This document shows positions 1 through 11,062 of a stretch of DNA of 64,000 bases, one piece after another. The DNA comes from Basidiobolus meristosporus CBS 931.73 (lineage: Eukaryota; Fungi; Basidiobolomycota). The notes under the pieces are model-generated. The model saw only the letters and a list, made by a program, of their open reading frames with translations, had not been told where the DNA came from and ran no database searches. The translations under genes were made by a program, and so were the position numbers. Location of the stretch: NCBI GenBank assembly GCA_002104905.1, contig MCFE01000009.1, forward strand, positions 62,001-126,000, read 5' to 3'. How positions within the stretch are numbered: the first letter of the stretch is position 1; every line of letters begins with the position of its first letter.

Positions 1-2180
1 TGCCCAAATTGTCAGGAATCCACCACCATTGAGGGAAAACATTGTTCACACTATGGATATATTCCGGTCATACCCTATCTGAGGAAGCTGATGCAGTCCA
101 ACAAATATTGGAAAGCTGTACAGTACTGCACTCAGTATCAAGCAAGTGCAAACATATCCAATATATTTGATGGCAAACATTACAAACAGCTAAGAAGCAA
201 GGGCTACTTTGTAGGTATGTATGAGCTTGTCTTTGCTTTAGTACTTGATGGATTCTCATTAAACAAGTACTCTACCAGCAAATCCTGCAGGCCACTGATT
301 CTTATCTATCTGAATCTGCCGCCCGTCTTACGGTATCAGAGCAATAATCTGATGGTAGTCTCACTGGTATCTGGGCCTAAATCACTGTCCAACCTGGATA
401 GCTATCTGTATCCATTGCTGGATGAATTTTGAATGCTTTCCAGCAGGATATTGGTAAATGGCAATCATGTAGAAGCGCATATTATTATCTGCATTAGAGA
501 TACCCCAGCCATCAGCAAGATAGCAGGTTTTTCTGGGCACAATGGATGGTATTGCTGTCAAATGTGTGAGATCCAGGGTATTTACTCCATAACTCACACA
601 CATTATTATTACCCAGACACCAACACTTAAAACATCATCTTTCCACAGGGAGAACATACAGAAGTAAGCAATCAATTACAGCAAAGTTGGCAAGCTATAA
701 GTCATTGGCTGGAATATGGAATCAATTGAAAACCAGAGATACTTAACATAGAGGGTATCTGTTGGAGCAAAAGCTTTTGACTGGGAGAAATGCATTTGCT
801 TTTCACCAATATCCCAATACTGATGACCAAGTTGTACATGTGGCATTTCAAGTAAAATGAGCCCTTTGAGATACAGGAAAAATTTGAAACATATTGGCAA
901 GATGTTACAGAGTATCCGCAACCTTAAGTACTTCTCACAGGCTCCAATCAGCATTCATATGCATATGCAACAATGCAAATGCAAAGACTGGATGAACTGG
1001 ATATGTATTTATTCAAGTGGTGTTCTGAAGCCATTCCTACCAAGAGTACATTGGAAGCATTGGGAGTCATATGTGAAGATTGTAGGAATATTTATCCAGA
1101 AGCGGATCACCAATGCCAATTTGACATATTTACAGCTGTTGTGTGAGGAGTTTGTGACAGGATTTGAGCAGTTATACTACAAACATAAAGCTGAATGTGT
1201 AGATCTCTGCCACTACTGTATCCATTCTCTACTCCATCTTGCACAGTGTGTGGAGAGTATTGGGCCTTGCTTCACCTTTTGGGAGTTTCCTATGGAGCAG
1301 ATGTGTGGGGAGATAGGAAGACAAGTCAAGTTGCAGGTACTACCATATCCCAATTCCATCAAGAATATTACCTTCAATTCTGTCATGGATGTGATGAGTT
1401 GGCACATGGAGTACAGCCTGAAAGAGTTGGAAAATACTGAAGACAAATGTGCATGTGGAGAGACCTATGCCTATAGCATTAAGAAGCTAAGCAGCCCCAA
1501 TGCGTGGGTAATCAGTTAAGTAATGCAAAGTTGGGTTGGGTGCAACAAGCCGCTAATTTTTATCAGGAAAACTCCACCAAGATATGCTGGATTTCTTGTG
1601 GTCACAAGCCAACTTCTACACCATTCAATACAGAATTCACACAAACAAAAGCCAGAGCACACCTATAAGGGGGACTAGAAGCCAGCAGGGAGAAGAAATA
1701 TATTGGCTAAATACCACAAAGTTCTTTGTCAATATTCTGGAGGTATTCATGGCAGAAGTGGCAACAACCAAGCATATGTTTGCAAGGTGTATATGCTACC
1801 TGCAGTACAAGGTATATGACAACTTTGCAAGTATCACACTGAAAGCCACAAAGTTGAGGTAATAGAAGTATGTCAATTGAGGCAGGTGTGCACGTTTGTA
1901 GAGGTTAGTAAGCAGGGGGCCATAGTCTTTTTTGATTCAAACTATATGTGGAATACCCAAGGTAGCAGTGGGTAAGCAAATAAAGAGGGGTGATTCTACA
2001 GTGGAATATATGAGTTGCACAAGGGGAGGTAGAATAAGGAAATGCCATTTGGTAAATTGGTATGGTAGCATTATACAGAACCAGCGGTAGGCCATCATAC
2101 TGCTGATATAAAGCCATCAGAGTTTTGCTGTGTGGCCATCAAAATACCGTTAAGTTTCTTGCCATATACAAGCTGCTGTT
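1..2180 (+). pseudogene. Degenerate CACTA/EnSpm-type transposase relic (Tnp2/Transposase_21 + DUF4218 regions), runs off the left edge
   Basis: ORF fragments read LVLDGFSLNKYSTSKSCRPLILIYLNLPPVLRY..LVSGPKSLSNLDSYLYPLLDE (Tnp2-like), GHNGWYCCQMCEIQG, and HSLLHLAQCVESIGPCFTFWEFPME (DUF4218-like). Many stops and frameshifts. Confidence 0.8.
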
Positions 2181-2720
2181 ATTATGACAGTCTCCAAACG
2201 GAATCTTGGCAGATGATATGGATTGGATCCACCTGTGGGACCAAATTATTTTTCATAGGGAGCACTTCACTGCTACTGCAACCAAGTGCTTCTTGCATTG
2301 TACTTTGCTTTCTACTTGAAGAACGCTGAGCTGGTGAATCCTTTTTTGCCTGCTTGCCCCTTGCCAGCACTCTGTTAGCAACCTGACATTTCTTTGCTGC
2401 TTGTATGTAACTTTCAGCCCTCCTTCTGATGGGCTGCTGAGAAAGCTATAGGCTTTTATAACTGTCAAGTCCCTGACTGCTAAATGTCTGAAAGCTACCT
2501 GTATTGAAATATGTTTTCTCCTTCACAAATGCTGCACTGATGCATCTGTTTCTGCCTGCCTGTGCATAACTGCACTCCTATGGCAACATGACAGTTCTTT
2601 GCCACTTTTTGGAACTTTCAGTGCTGCTTATGATGAGCTCCTGAGGAAGACACTGTTTTTTCAGCCATGACACCCTTGCTCTTCTACTGCAAGACCTCTT
2701 TTATGCACATTGCATTCTCC
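2180..2720 (-). pseudogene. Relic of ORF-U (unidentified second ORF of the CACTA-like element)
   Basis: Minus-strand peptide ARGKQAKKDSPAQRSSSRKQSTMQEAL resembles the ORF-U segments at 20200-20283 and 38205-38408. Boundaries approximate. Confidence 0.5.
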
Positions 2721-2810
2721 AGATACTTTTGCATTTCAACTCTTACAAATAACAGCGCCTTCATTTTACAAGGTAGACTGTGTCAGGATTATTTGAATTC
2801 TAGCTGGTTT

Positions 2811-2833
2811 GGACTTGTGTTGGATAGTGGCAC
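2811..2833 (+). repeat. Remnant of the AGACTTG terminal inverted repeat of the foldback/MITE family
   Basis: ggacttgtgttggatagtggcac resembles the terminus ggacttgttgtgttgggtagtgccac at 36685, with a 3-nt gap and two mismatches. Confidence 0.4.
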
Positions 2834-2847
2834 CCACCTTTGATAAG

Positions 2848-2929
2848 GACGATATGGCCAAGTGGTTAAGGCGTATGATTAGAACTCATATGGGCTCTGC
2901 TTGCGCAGGTTCATATCCTGCTGTTGCTG
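2848..2929 (+). tRNA. tRNA-Ser(AGA), probable pseudogene
   Basis: 82-nt cloverleaf with long variable arm. Anticodon arm tatga-ttAGAac-tcata; A box tggccaagtgg; T arm gcagg-ttcatat-cctgc. CpG-type decay in the D and T loops; acceptor stem imperfect. Confidence 0.8.
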
Positions 2930-2934
2930 AATTT

Positions 2935-3008
2935 GCTTGCATAGCTCAGTTGGTTAGAGCATGGTGCTAATAATGCCAAGGTTGCAGGTTCAACCCCTGC
3001 TGTGAGCA
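2935..3008 (+). tRNA. tRNA-Ile(AAT), probable pseudogene
   Basis: 74 nt. Anticodon arm tggtg-ctAATaa-tgcca; T arm gcagg-ttcaacc-cctgc; followed by a T6 Pol III terminator. Four positions fit CpG>TpG/CpA decay. Confidence 0.85.
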
Positions 3009-3330
3009 TTATTTTTTATCCAGGCTGGCAGTCTTCATACTTCTACAAGAAAATGGTAGCAATTACATGCATTGCAAAGGGTGCACTGCATCCACCTTCC
3101 CCCTAATCAATGTTATAGTCAGTTCACACACCTACCTTATTTTGATGTTCTACAGGCGCATCTGATTTTGAATTTATGCTTTGCTTGTATTGTGCACTAC
3201 CCATATTTTTTAACAGAATGAGTTGGCTACCTTGAACTCACAGTGTGGAGATGGGAATGATATGTAAGTCTGAACAATAACAGAAGACTGCATTGTATCT
3301 AAATTTGAATTCTACAAGTGTAATGTATCA

Positions 3331-3402
3331 TCTCCGATAGTATAGTGGTAAGTATCCCCACCTGTCATGCAGGAGACCTGGGTTCAATTCCCAGTCTGAG
3401 AG
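3331..3402 (+). tRNA. tRNA-Asp(GTC), probable pseudogene
   Basis: 72 nt. tagtatagtggtaagtat D arm; anticodon arm cccac-ctGTCat-gcagg whose pairing is restored by reverting CA/TG to CG; T-rich tract downstream. Confidence 0.85.
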
Positions 3403-3638
3403 TTTTGTTTTAACTGTCTTGGGTACATCAAAATTATACTTTGACTGTTCTTGAGTTTGTGTACTCAACAGTACGCACTAAATATGACATGATGCTAAGA
3501 TAAAAAGAACTCTTACAAGATGGGCCGTAGCTTGTATCTATACAGGTTGTTACTTTTATAGAACTACTAGTGTGGTTGATTGATATGGATGTAAAGAGCT
3601 ACTTTGATTAAACAAGTACTGGTTTTTCTAGCAACAAC

Positions 3639-3711
3639 ATGCATATGGCCCAATGGATAAGGTGCCTGACTACAGATCAGGAGATTCCAGGTTCAATCCC
3701 TGGTGTGCTTG
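3639..3711 (+). tRNA. tRNA-Arg(ACG)-type body with anticodon mutated to ACA, pseudogene
   Basis: 73 nt. Body tggcccaatggataagg..cctga-ctACAga-tcagg-agatt-ccagg matches eukaryotic tRNA-Arg(ACG); anticodon 3672-3674 reads ACA. Confidence 0.8.
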
Positions 3712-3925
3712 ACGTTATCTTTTGTCATAAGCGTGTACAGATAAATGGTAAGCATATTTACCTCTTCCTAAGCAATTCAATAAATCCTATGGATTGATGA
3801 TTTTTCTGCCCAAGAATAGTACGTAGTACAAACATATTCTTCCATACATTGTCCAATTTATTTTCTACAACTTTACTTGCTCAGCAATGTAGTCATAATC
3901 AAAGCCTTGGTTTTACAGATGTAAA

Positions 3926-3996
3926 GCATACTTGGTTTAGTGGTATAATTACCACCTGCCACGCGGTAGACCAGGGTTTGATTCCCCAAGTATGCA
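3926..3996 (+). tRNA. tRNA-Gly(GCC), probable pseudogene
   Basis: 71 nt. Acceptor gcatact/agtatgc is perfect; anticodon arm accac-ctGCCac-gcggt; T loop tttgatt (from ttcgatt); T4 follows. Confidence 0.85.
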
Positions 3997-4190
3997 TTTT
4001 ATACTTTTCCACTATGGTACCTTTTTGCATAACTGTATTCCTCAAATGGTTTGTTTTCCAGAACTTAATAGCTTACCAATATGCATGTCTACTATACATT
4101 ATGTTGGGTCACTACACTATTGGAAAAATGGAAAGATGGATAGTCCCATAGCATGCAATCCTTAAGATGATGCTGTGCTACACTTCCAAG

Positions 4191-5826
4191 TGTTGTAAGA
4201 GTCTTGGAGATATTGGAAGTGATTTGGAGGATAAGTAGATTATTTGGTTTTCCCTTAATGATGTATTGAATGTAAAAGTAATGTTTATACTTTTACATAG
4301 TCTTGGCCTTACAAGCACATAGAACAGATTAAGAAAGGTCCCAAGAACATGTGTGCAAAATTTGGGGCTGTTTGGAAAACTTTGAGAATTTTCATGTTCT
4401 TGGTACCTGGTATTTAGGTGAAAATATTCTAAGTAAATCCCAACAATGAATTTGGTCAGTATTCTCTAGGATATGCAGGTAATGATTTAAGTGACTAAGT
4501 TAGGTGAATATTTAGGTGGAAATACAAATCTTACTACACTCCCACCAGCTAAATGCTCATACTGACTAGTCCTAATTTTGACCTAAGATGTTCAAACTTG
4601 TCTCTAGCTAATGGTTTGGTAAATATGTTAGCAATCATTTCCTCTGCAGGACAGTAAACTAAGCTTACTAAGTTATTCTCTATAGCTTTACATATGAAAT
4701 GATGTTGAATATCTATGTGCTTAGTTCTAGCATGAAAAGTGGGATCTCTACTTAATTGTATACATCCTTGATTATCTTGAAATAAAGTAATAGGTGTTTT
4801 TTACATAGGCCTAAATCTCTAAAAAGCTTTCTTAACCACATTGCTTCTTTTGTAGTTTCACAGGCTACCATATACTTGGCCTCTGTGGTAAAAAGTGCTA
4901 CGGTTTGTTGCTCTCCTGAATTCCATGAGATTGCTCCATAACAGTAAAGAAAGGTGTATCCTGTGGTGGATCTTCTATCTTCCAAATTTTGTCCACAATC
5001 AGCATCAGAGTATCCCACAAGATCCTGTTCTGAATCCTGATAGGTGTATCTTAAGCAGATATCAGCAGTTCCTTTTAGGTATCAAAAAATCCGCTTAACT
5101 GCTGCAATATGATCAGATCCATAGTTCTGATTATGTTGGCTGACAACTCCCAATAAATATGAAATTTCTGAATGTGTTCCAAGCATAATATACTTCAAGC
5201 TTCCAACCATGAATTGATAAAGAAAGTCAGGGCTTTCAGATGGCACCAAGCTCTCTTGATTTGGTTGAGTTTTGACCAAATTAAGGTTGTCTCCATTGGG
5301 GTAGCTGCCAGTTAACAGTCTTCAATTTGGTGCTTCTTTAGTATATCCTGAATACACTTGGATTAGCTTAGGGTAATAGTCTGGGCACTTCTGTCTGTGG
5401 AGAACTCAATCTCTAAGTAGTAACTGAGTTCTCCTTGATCAGACGTCTTGAACTCCTTAGATAGGCTGGATTAAGTCTCTTCCAATGTTTCTAAGTTATT
5501 GGTAACTATAATAAGATCATCCACATACAGAGCTAATAGAGCTGGATTTGCTCTATCTGGCTTATAGTATATACTATAGTCAGCATTACTCCTTTGAAAC
5601 TCAAAGATTCCAAATAGGAATCTATCTTGCAGTTCCAGGCTCTTGGTGATTGTTTGAGACCATGTAGCAACTTTTTAAGCTTGCAGACCAAATAGAGGTT
5701 ATCTTGGTCAACAAACCCATGAGGCTGGTCCATATACGTATCCTCATCAAGTTCTCCACAGCTGTGATTCAGCCTGAAGCAGTGCCCAGGAATATCCCAG
5801 AAGTGATCATTCCAGTATTAAAATGT
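4191..5826 (-). mobile_element. Truncated, decayed Ty1/Copia family 1 relic (3' LTR 4191-4538 plus RT/RNase H fragments)
   Basis: LTR and internal sequence are homologous to the intact element at 51615-56301. PPT-like ctcccacc is adjacent to the LTR; peptides YSDADCGQNLEDRRSTTGY and KKLLHGLKQSPRAWN. Ends in a short inverted fragment (5759-5826). Confidence 0.9.
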
Positions 5827-6250
5827 ACTGTATAGTGTTCCTCTGCTGTTACATTGCAAAATGGCTCAATACTTGGCTATGGCATGGAGCTACATGAGCT
5901 CCTTTTTTCCAGCAAAGATACTGCACTCTCTCCCTGGGATATTGCTTGCTCTACACCTTTTATCTGCTAATCCTGTATCTGGCCTATTTTTGGATTTCTC
6001 TAGGCCATTGATTCTATCCTATTGGCCACTCTACCTAATTGCCTCATTAATGCTTTGGTATGAGCTGACCACATACTTACTAATCCAGGTGGTGGTGATT
6101 TATGGCAGCTGCTTGCTGGTCATCAGCCAAGGGTACTGTGCTTGCTACATTCTCATCTGCCTGAGAATTATAGTTATTTTGTGGCTCCTCAAAGATTCTC
6201 ATTTACCTACTTGACTGGAAGCCAAAGGAGTCTGCATTATTACCTTAAAT
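5827..6250 (-). pseudogene. ORF-U 5' relic, divergent from the transposase relic at 6640-8135
   Basis: Reverse complement matches 19100-19520; followed by the same spacer (about 6250-6640) seen at 18760-19100. Confidence 0.65.
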
Positions 6251-6639
6251 GGGCACACTAACCACATGGTCTTTTTTGGATGTAGCTCTGCTTGTTAGAC
6301 TGAATGCCAAAGCAAGCTGTTGTTCAGCCATTATTCTACTGCTAACAATGGTGGAGTTTAGTTGGGAGCCAGAAAACTTTGCATTATTTTTGGGTAGCAT
6401 ATGTATGGAGGCAAGTTAAATCAAAGGGGAAACAGTGTTACTTATACATGTGTGTGTGGTGTCACAACTTTATATATAATGCTTTCTATGGCAGGTCATC
6501 ATTCAATATTACAATCATATAGGTTCAATGTCTCCAATAAAAGACTGTGTTGGACTCACATGACAATTGACAAAGAAAGGTATGGATGTATTATGAGGAT
6601 CCCAGACAGTGTTTTGCCACACATATCATATTTGACCAT

Positions 6640-8135
6640 TCATTAGTCACTATTGTGCCAACAAAATCTTTTTAGCCACTTGATACTTCTATACAGGTAC
6701 CAACCCATGATTGTCACCTTGTGCAAACTGAGTCAGGTGATTTTGTGGCATATGTAGGCTCACCTGAGCCTTCTGAATAAGGCATGCAGAGTGGTAGCTC
6801 TGAAGAAGAAGGCTCACTGATAGATTGTGGGCCTATATCCTGTGACCACAATACCCTGCATGAGCCCCTCCAAATCCCAGTATGCAATGAGACATTACCC
6901 ATAGAAAATAATGCCAAGGATACTTTGCAGTGCCAAGTGAGTGCAGCAATCCATCTACTGGTGAATGATGTGATTATGTGGTTAGAGAAGTGGAGTGTTT
7001 CCTCAAATATTGATAACTGGGGCTTTGAGGATTCACTATTACTTCCTGCAAATATCATTCTGGGATGCAGCTTACTTTGTGCATGGTACAGATGGTCAAC
7101 CATCATGTAGCTGGCAACATATGATGCAGAGTCTGTCCTGATGCTGGCATGTGTTAGCAGCTGCATGGAATTCACATCCAAAAATGCTACCATTGCAATG
7201 TGTCCAAATTGTCAGGAACACACCACAATTGTAGGAAAACATTGTTCACATTCAGGATATACTCCAATAGTACACTGTCTAAATATGATCAAGCAGTCTG
7301 GCAAATATTGTGAAGCCATAAAGTACTATACTCAGTATCAATCACACACAAACATTTTCAATTTACTAAATGGCAAACATTACAAACAGCTATGAAGCCA
7401 GGGCTACTTTGATGGTGTATATAACCTTACCTTTGCCTTGATACTTCATACATTACCATTAAACAAGTACTCTACTGGCAAACACCACTGGCTACTGACT
7501 TTTGTCAACCCTAATCTACCACCTATTTTATGGTATAAGAGCAGAGATCTCATGGTAGTCTCACAAGTATCTGGGCCTAGCTAACCATCCAACTTAGACA
7601 GCTCCCTGTACTCATTGCTGTATGTTTTTGTAGGCTTTCCAGCAGGATACTACTAAATAGTCATTATATCAAAGCACATATTATTATCTGCATTTCAGTT
7701 ACCCTAGCCATCAGTAGGTTAGCTGGCTTTTCTGGGTACAAGGGATGATTCTGCTGTCAATTGTGTGAGATCCAGGGGACTTACTTTGTATGTCACACAT
7801 ATTTATTTATTATCCAAGCTCCAATACTAAAGACATCATCTTCCCACAAAAGGAATGTACAGAAGTCAGCTTGCAATTGCAGCAAAGCTGATAAGCTATA
7901 GGACATTGGCCAGGATATGGAATTAATTGGAAACTGGAGATACTTAAGATTAAGGTTATCTGTTGAAGCAAAAGCTTATCACTGGGAGCAATGCATTTGC
8001 TTTTCAGCAATATCCCTATGCTAATAATCAAGTTGTACTTTGGGCATATCAGACTGAATGAGCCCTTTCAGTTGGCAGATATATTCAAACAAGTTAGCAA
8101 AGTATTACAGAATATCTGCTATCAAAAGTCCCTAT
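6640..8135 (+). pseudogene. CACTA-type transposase relic, 5' half
   Basis: Homologous to 1-900 and 59430-61000 (MCPNCQEHTTIVGKHCSHSGYTP; ccactgact..aatctaccacc Tnp2 block); truncated at about 8135. Confidence 0.75.
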
Positions 8136-8813
8136 GAAAAATAATTAGGTCCAGCAGGTGAATCCAATCTGGATCAGCCATCAAGATCCCATTTAGAGAC
8201 CACCATAATAACAGCAGCTTGGAATTAGCAACCCTCCTAACAATCTTATAATGGGATCATAACGGTGTTTTGCTAATTTTACAACTAATTAAAGGGTTAA
8301 ACTTAACAATATTTCATTGGTGCTGTGACAATATTTTGATGGTATTGCTGTGGTCTTTCAGCACTCTATACCCATTGTATGTGGATCCAGTTGGCTAGGA
8401 CATCCAATTGCCTTATATGGCAAGAAACTTAACGGTATTTTGATGGCCACACAGCAAAACTCTGATGGCTTTATATCAGCAGTATGATGGCCTACCGCTG
8501 GTTCTGTATAATGCTACCATACCAATTTACCAAATGGTATTTTGTTTTTCTACCTCCCCTTGTGCAGTTCATATATTCCACTGTAAAATCACCCCTTGTT
8601 ATTTGCTTACCGACAATTACCTGGGGTATTCCACATATAGTTGAATCAGAAAAAACTATGGCCTCCTGCTTACTAACCTCTACAAATGCGCACACCTGCC
8701 GCAATTGACATACTTCTACCACATCAACTTTACAGCTTTTTAGTGTGATACTTGCAAAGTTGCCATATACCTTGTACTGCAGGTAGCATATACATCTTGC
8801 AAACATATGCTTG

Positions 8814-9181
8814 TGTTACAAGTCTTGGTATAAGAGTTGTCGAGGATTAGGAAGTTTAGCTAGTATTGTATTCACTAAAACTTGAACTGATTTTTATTGA
8901 GGTTCCAGCAGCTCCTTATATACATTTTGCCAGATCAATTGCTGACTAATTGTATTTCCTAATGTAGGTTGTGGCTGATGACTCATTTAATTGCATCATC
9001 ATCACCCAATAAGATCCTACTTAATATATCTATTTCTGTCTGATAAGGATCTGCTGATTCATTTGCTGACTAATGCTACTGATTTCATAGATAATAATGA
9101 TATACTGATAACCTAAACATATACTAATTGATTTGACTAAAAACTGATCTAACTTAAACATTCAAGCGGCAGATCATAACA
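8814..9181 (-). mobile_element. Solo LTR of Gypsy family 2 (368 bp)
   Basis: Reverse complement of LTR 30699-31066; TGT..ACA termini; 4-bp TSD CTTG on both sides. Confidence 0.95.
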
Positions 9182-10925
9182 CTTGGTTGTTGCCACTTCT
9201 GCCATGAATACCGCCTGAATATCTGCAAAGTACTTCTTGGTATTTAGCCAATATATTCCTTCTCCCTGCTGGATTCTAATCCCCTGTATAGGTGTTCTCT
9301 GACTTTGTTTGTGTGAATTCCATATTGAAAGGTGTAGGAGTTGGCTTGTGACCATGAGAAATCTGGCATATCTTGGTAGGATTTTCCTTATAAAGATTAG
9401 TTGCTTGTTGCACCCAACCCAACTTTGCATTACTTAACTGATAACCCATGCATTGGGGCTGCTTAGCTTCTTAATGCCATAGGCATAACTGTCTCCATGT
9501 GCACATTTGTCCTCAGTATTTTCCAACTCTTTCTGTCTGTCCTCCATGTGCTAACTGATCACATCCATGATGGACTTGAAAGTAATATTCTCAATGAGAT
9601 TGGGATATGGTAGTACTTGCAACTTGACTTGTCTTCCTATCTTCCCACACACCTGCTCCATAAAAAACTCCCAAAAGGTGAAGCAAGACCAATATTCTCC
9701 ACACACTGTGCAAGATGGAGTAAAGAATGGATACAGTAGTGGCAGAGATCTACACATTCAGCTTTATGTTTGTAGTATAGCTGCTCAAATCCTGTCACAA
9801 ACTCCTCACAGAACAGCCGTAGATGCATCATATTGGCATTGGTCATGCGGTGTAGTGGGGTGACAGTGACACCCACTGACAGATGTGCTCATTCCCTTAT
9901 TTTCTACTTCCCTATATCTCTACTACACTTATTTTAGTTTTATCCCATTTGTCTTACCCAATCAGTACTATCCCATAAGCCGGTCGACTATCACACCTGC
10001 TTACCTTATTGCATAAGTTACCCCTCACTTTATGTAAGATTACTAGCTATAAGTACTTCTATATTAGGCAAGTACCCGCGCCAGTACCCGTGACACATGA
10101 TCAGGCCGTGTCACGATCCCTACCATTTCCATACCATATATGGTATCCCCATGTTACACAGGTTTCAGAATACTGATTCCTGATTGGTTGGATGTGCTGT
10201 GCCTCTTAGAACCTTCCGGCACCTACTTAGAACATTCTTAGGTCATTCTGATGTCATTAAGATTTCTATTGATCTCCGGAACCTTCTGGAACACCTTGAT
10301 TAGTAATCACTTAGCCAGTGAGAAAAGTATATAAGGGAGGCTATCCCTCAACAATAAATCATCATCCCTTTTATCAATATACCGACTTGTTGATTAGTGT
10401 GATCACTGCTACCTGCTGCTACCTGAACTTCCAACCCTAGACCACAGGACACTCCCAGGAAACCGCGCTGACAGCCAACTGACCTTGGAGGCACTACTTG
10501 TGAGGAATACTCAGAGTAGGTATCTTTTATTATATTCGATTCTTTCCCAAGTTTGTTCTTGTACAGGCAAAGATACTTTTCTGTCTTTGTAACTATTGAC
10601 CAAAGCTGCATTCTTATCAAGTCCCTGCTGGTGGAGTTTACAGTTGTTTTGACTTTGGAAGCTTTAGTACATTGTCATCTCAAAGGACGCTGAACCCAGC
10701 ACATACTTTTGTTAAGACGCCAACTAAGTTGGGGATTGTAGCTCAATAATTTTCCCTTGACAAGCTTGTGGCTTTATTCCCCTTCACATTAGATTAGAGA
10801 CAGAACCCAAGTATTCCTAGCAAGCTTTTGCCAGAGGTTATTGCACCCAGTGAACACCCCACACACAAAACACTTGAGAAGTGTTGGACGTATCTCTCCC
10901 TTGGACTTATACACCACCACATATT

Positions 10926-10942
10926 TGGCACCCAACGTGGGG
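10926..10942 (+). promoter_or_regulatory. Primer-binding site, tRNA-Lys type
   Basis: tggcacccaacgtgggg equals the complement of the tRNA-Lys 3' end (tggcgcccaacgtgggg) with one CpG>CpA change; 4 nt from the LTR end. Confidence 0.8.
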
Positions 10943-11062
10943 GGTTCATACAAGCTCCCTAGGACCCAACAAGATTTACCAGAAGATTTGAGCTGTTATC
11001 CACCTATTGAAAAGAGACTACCAATATTACCAAGATTACAACACCAACATACCTGCCCAAAA

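Noticed and set aside
3639-3711. Functional tRNA-Cys(ACA)
   Set aside because: The body is Arg(ACG)-type, and the T loop and acceptor stem carry additional damage.
10841-11062. N-terminal extension of Gypsy-1 gag predicted by the ORF track
   Set aside because: Starts at TTG inside the LTR and crosses the PBS; the ATG at 11063 is the plausible start.
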